From IMG/VR virus record IMGVR_UViG_3300039008_000061, positions 1 to 52,901 of that record: 52,901 nt of DNA; one strand, given 5' to 3'. The translations under genes and the position numbers were made by a program. The notes below the pieces were generated by a model. That model saw nothing but the letters and a program-made list of their open reading frames with translations, had not been told where the DNA came from and ran no database searches. Each line of letters begins with the position of its first letter. The first letter of the stretch is position 1. Positions 50,936-52,901 of the stretch are shown here, piece after piece. The stretch is from a virus.

Positions 50936-51673
50936 TTAGTCCCATATGCTTGAGTGCCAAAAAACTCTTCCTATTACTTTGATTTGCTCCAAATCTCTGT
51001 CGAAGTATCTCTCGTCAGGATGCTCATCACTATTGATGCTATTTATCCTCAAGCCATTGCCAGGCAATCGATAAAGCCTCTTAACTCTGAGTAATCCGTC
51101 ATGATTGATAGCGTACACTTTCCCATCGACGATTTTTGTATCGAACGTATTTACTCCAACAACATCACCATCAAACAATCGCGGTTCCATGCTGTTGCCA
51201 GAGATCTTAACACATGCTGCGGCCTCTGCTTCAACGCCGCATCTGCGCAATGTCGATTTGGAAAATCTAAGTTTAGGCCCTCTTCTTTCTAAATTATGTT
51301 CGCCACCAATCCCTGCTGCTAATTCTACTTCCATGAAAAAAGGCACCTCTACTTCATCTTCGTCAAGCGGTGTTTCGCTGTCCCAAGCATCAATCCTTCC
51401 AAGCTCTAAATCAGGATGAATAGATGCGTGATGTACTTCGTCTTCAATACTTAGTTTGAATTTGTCAGATAGAAGATTCTGTCCATAAAGTATCCAGTCT
51501 GGTGTTGTATCTAATTTTTTTGCTAATCGCATTATGTATTTGCTGCTTGGTATATCCCTACCAGCAAACCAATTAGAAACCGTACCTTTAGACGCGCCTG
51601 TCGCTTTTACTATATCTACCTGTTTTAGGTTTAGCTCTTTTGCTCTCGCTATAAGCCTTTCTTGCGTGCTCAT
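50936..51673 (-). CDS. cI: CI-type repressor (XRE HTH + S24 LexA-like autopeptidase)
   Basis: HTH LKQVDIVKATGASKGTVSNWFAG, candidate cleavage site LAAGIG, GNSMEP Ser and VKRL Lys. ATG 51673 has GGAG 6 nt upstream. Confidence 0.85.
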   Translation of the reverse strand: MSTQERLIARAKELNLKQVDIVKATGASKGTVSNWFAGRDIPSSKYIMRLAKKLDTTPDWILYGQNLLSDKFKLSIEDEVHHASIHPDLELGRIDAWDSETPLDEDEVEVPFFMEVELAAGIGGEHNLERRGPKLRFSKSTLRRCGVEAEAAACVKISGNSMEPRLFDGDVVGVNTFDTKIVDGKVYAINHDGLLRVKRLYRLPGNGLRINSINSDEHPDERYFDRDLEQIKVIGRVFWHSSIWD

Positions 51674-51683
51674 AATCGGCTCC

Positions 51684-51701
51684 ACTTTAGATTGCTAAAC
51701 A
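51684..51701. promoter_or_regulatory. Operator-like palindrome ACTTTAG-ATTG-CTAAACA
   Basis: Same architecture as the PR/PL operators (xxTTTxG-N4-CTAAACx). It lies in the cI leader. Confidence 0.45.
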
Positions 51702-51728
51702 ATTTACCATTTTTATTGTTCGGATAAC

Positions 51729-51758
51729 TTGACTTTAAAAAGTTTTGCAAGCTAAACT
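51729..51758 (+). promoter_or_regulatory. PR-like promoter TTGACT-N18-TAAACT with operator AGTTTTG-CAAG-CTAAACT (51741-51758)
   Basis: -35 at 51729-34 and -10 at 51753-58. The operator covers the spacer and the -10. Confidence 0.6.
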
Positions 51759-51789
51759 TGGTCGCAGTTAGTTTATTTTGGTGAACCAA

Positions 51790-51975
51790 ATGAATAAAGA
51801 AGATGCGGTAGAGCATTTCGGGGGAGTTACAAAACTCGCGGAAGCGCTTGGATTGAGTAAAGGGGCGGTATCGCAGTGGGGCGAGACTATACCGCTCCTT
51901 CGCGCTTACCAGCTTGAAAAAATTACGGGCGGCAAGCTCAAAGTTGAAGAAGTCGAACTTAGTAAAGCCAGTTAA
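51790..51975 (+). CDS. cro: Cro-like HTH regulator
   Basis: GGVTKLAEALGLSKGAVSQW HTH, divergent from cI. ATG 51790 is preferred to TTG 51778. Confidence 0.75.
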   Translation: MNKEDAVEHFGGVTKLAEALGLSKGAVSQWGETIPLLRAYQLEKITGGKLKVEEVELSKAS

Positions 51976-51991
51976 TACGGAGATAAAGGCT

Positions 51992-52180
51992 ATGTACGCA
52001 GACCCAAGAAAAATCAAAAAGAACGAAGTCAAAGTTCGTTTAGATGATGACGTTAATGACTTGCTTGAAGCGCTGGTAAAAAACACTGGCGGACAAAAAG
52101 CGGTAATTGTTCGTGACATTTTCATGCGTGGCTTAAAAGAGTCTGTTTCGTTCGGAAGCAAAGAGCGTACAGCAGCTTAA
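51992..52180 (+). CDS. Ribbon-helix-helix-like small regulator (cII position)
   Basis: KVRLDDDVNDLLEALVKNTGGQKAVIVRDIFMRGL. GGAGA upstream of ATG 51992. Confidence 0.5.
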   Translation: MYADPRKIKKNEVKVRLDDDVNDLLEALVKNTGGQKAVIVRDIFMRGLKESVSFGSKERTAA

Positions 52181-52236
52181 AACATTAACGAAGAACCCAA
52201 GGAGGGTTCATCTAAGACTTTTTAAGGCCCTCAATA

Positions 52237-52434
52237 ATGACTGAAGAAAAAATAGAGCTCAGCAACGAAGAGTTAGAACTACTACAAAAACATGCAGATG
52301 AGCTTGGCGTAAGTCTTGAGGAAGCAGCTCAACGAGCAATGCTTGAAGGTCTTGGCTCTGTATTAACCGACATTTGCCCATCAACAATGGCACTAACAAA
52401 GATTTTGATGGACTCAAAAGTCCCTAATAAGTAA
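52237..52434 (+). CDS. Hypothetical protein
   Basis: 65-aa ORF. Confidence 0.55.
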   Translation: MTEEKIELSNEELELLQKHADELGVSLEEAAQRAMLEGLGSVLTDICPSTMALTKILMDSKVPNK

Positions 52435-52446
52435 GGAGCAAGCAGC

Positions 52447-52524
52447 ATGAGCAAAGTAATTCCATTGCGCCCTAAGCGCACACAGCCAAAGCCAGCTTTT
52501 ACACCAACGCGGAGAGCAGCGTAA
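52447..52524 (+). CDS. 25-aa basic Pro/Arg/Lys-rich peptide
   Basis: AAGGAGCAAGCAGC precedes the ATG. There is a TAATG overlap with the next ORF. Confidence 0.3.
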   Translation: MSKVIPLRPKRTQPKPAFTPTRRAA

Positions 52525-52700
52525 TGCGTTCGGAATTTGCGTGGTTTTGTAAACGTCATTTTCGCAGCTTCGCACACCAGTTTAAAACCGACTGGCAGTT
52601 TCGAGCGGCGGTAATCGTGTTAGCGGTTGAGTTAACAGTCATTGCATACCTAGCCAATAACAGCTTTTGGCTAGATGCGTTTGTTAGGGCTTTTAAATGA
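52524..52700 (+). CDS. 58-aa protein with one TM segment
   Basis: Coupled at both ends (TAATG, ATGA). Hydrophobic AAVIVLAVELTVIAYLA. Confidence 0.4.
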   Translation: MRSEFAWFCKRHFRSFAHQFKTDWQFRAAVIVLAVELTVIAYLANNSFWLDAFVRAFK

Positions 52701-52901
52701 AAGTCGTTGACCTAAATAGCGACCCAGCTAGAAACCCTGACGTTGTTTTAGAGAAGGCAAAAGGACAGTACGAGTCGGTTGTAGTTATTGGTTATGACAA
52801 CGAGGGGATCCTTGATGTAAGGGCATCCACTAATCAAGACGCTAAATCAATTCTGTTCATGATGGAGCAGTTTAAAAACAAGTTGCTTAACGGTGACTAC
52901 A
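52697..52901 (+). CDS. Hypothetical protein, N-terminal part of the junction-spanning ORF (continues at 1..113)
   Basis: ATG 52697 overlaps the preceding stop. The frame is open to the window end. Confidence 0.6.
   Translation, partial: MKVVDLNSDPARNPDVVLEKAKGQYESVVVIGYDNEGILDVRASTNQDAKSILFMMEQFKNKLLNGDY
52803..52901. repeat. Terminal overlap, identical to 1..99
   Basis: Direct comparison of both ends. Confidence 0.9.

Larger units (their letters stand above)
1..52901. mobile_element. Complete temperate phage genome assembled as a circle (unit 52,802 bp); lambdoid gene order, podovirus-like virion module
   Basis: Exact 99-nt overlap of the window ends with an ORF reading through the junction. 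Integrase/excisionase/attP, CI/Cro switch, replication, Nin, lysis, terminase-portal-capsid and tail modules are each present once. Confidence 0.85.

Noticed and set aside
51670-52161. 163-aa minus-strand ORF
   Set aside because: It is antisense to the cro-like and RHH genes and crosses the PR/operator region.

Overview
The window is one complete, circularly closed genome of a temperate phage with lambdoid gene order. The unit length is 52,802 bp: bases 1-99 recur exactly at 52803-52901, and an ORF reads through the junction. No host flanks are present and attP is intact.

Map:
- Immunity switch (50.3-52.2 kb): an S24-type CI repressor, a divergent Cro-like gene, and a shared 18-bp operator (AGTTTTG-N4-CTAAACT) at both PL and PR.
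- Rightward early operon, wrapping through the junction. It carries small proteins, a 609-nt ORF-free helix-rich gap, a T5orf172 protein, and an O-like initiator with internal iterons. These are followed by a loader-like protein, a LexA-DBD-only protein, a Dam methylase, NinB, NinG and a Q-position gene.
- A consensus promoter plus nearby terminator cassette (5967-6054), then lysis genes, TerS/TerL/portal/scaffold/capsid and a tail/fibre block. No tape measure, tube or sheath is present, so the virion looks podovirus-like.
- A second, related promoter/terminator cassette (27193-27262) heading an ejection-protein operon that ends in a 2405-aa polyvalent protein.
- An AT-rich moron island, a Bro-N antirepressor, and a canonical SOS box over the promoter of an apparently leaderless 62-aa ORF.
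- attP carrying the 3' end of tmRNA (ssrA).
- The leftward operon. Known products include the integrase, Xis, a GIY-YIG protein, an RdgC::FtsK-gamma fusion, a YqaJ exonuclease and RecT. It also encodes a single-chain double LuxR-HTH protein and a very acidic first gene.

No CRISPR array, complete tRNA, reverse transcriptase or recognised defence operon was seen. All functions are assigned by eye from motifs and synteny; no searches were run. The host is probably a gammaproteobacterium, judged from the tmRNA 3' end and about 45% GC. That is a low-confidence inference.
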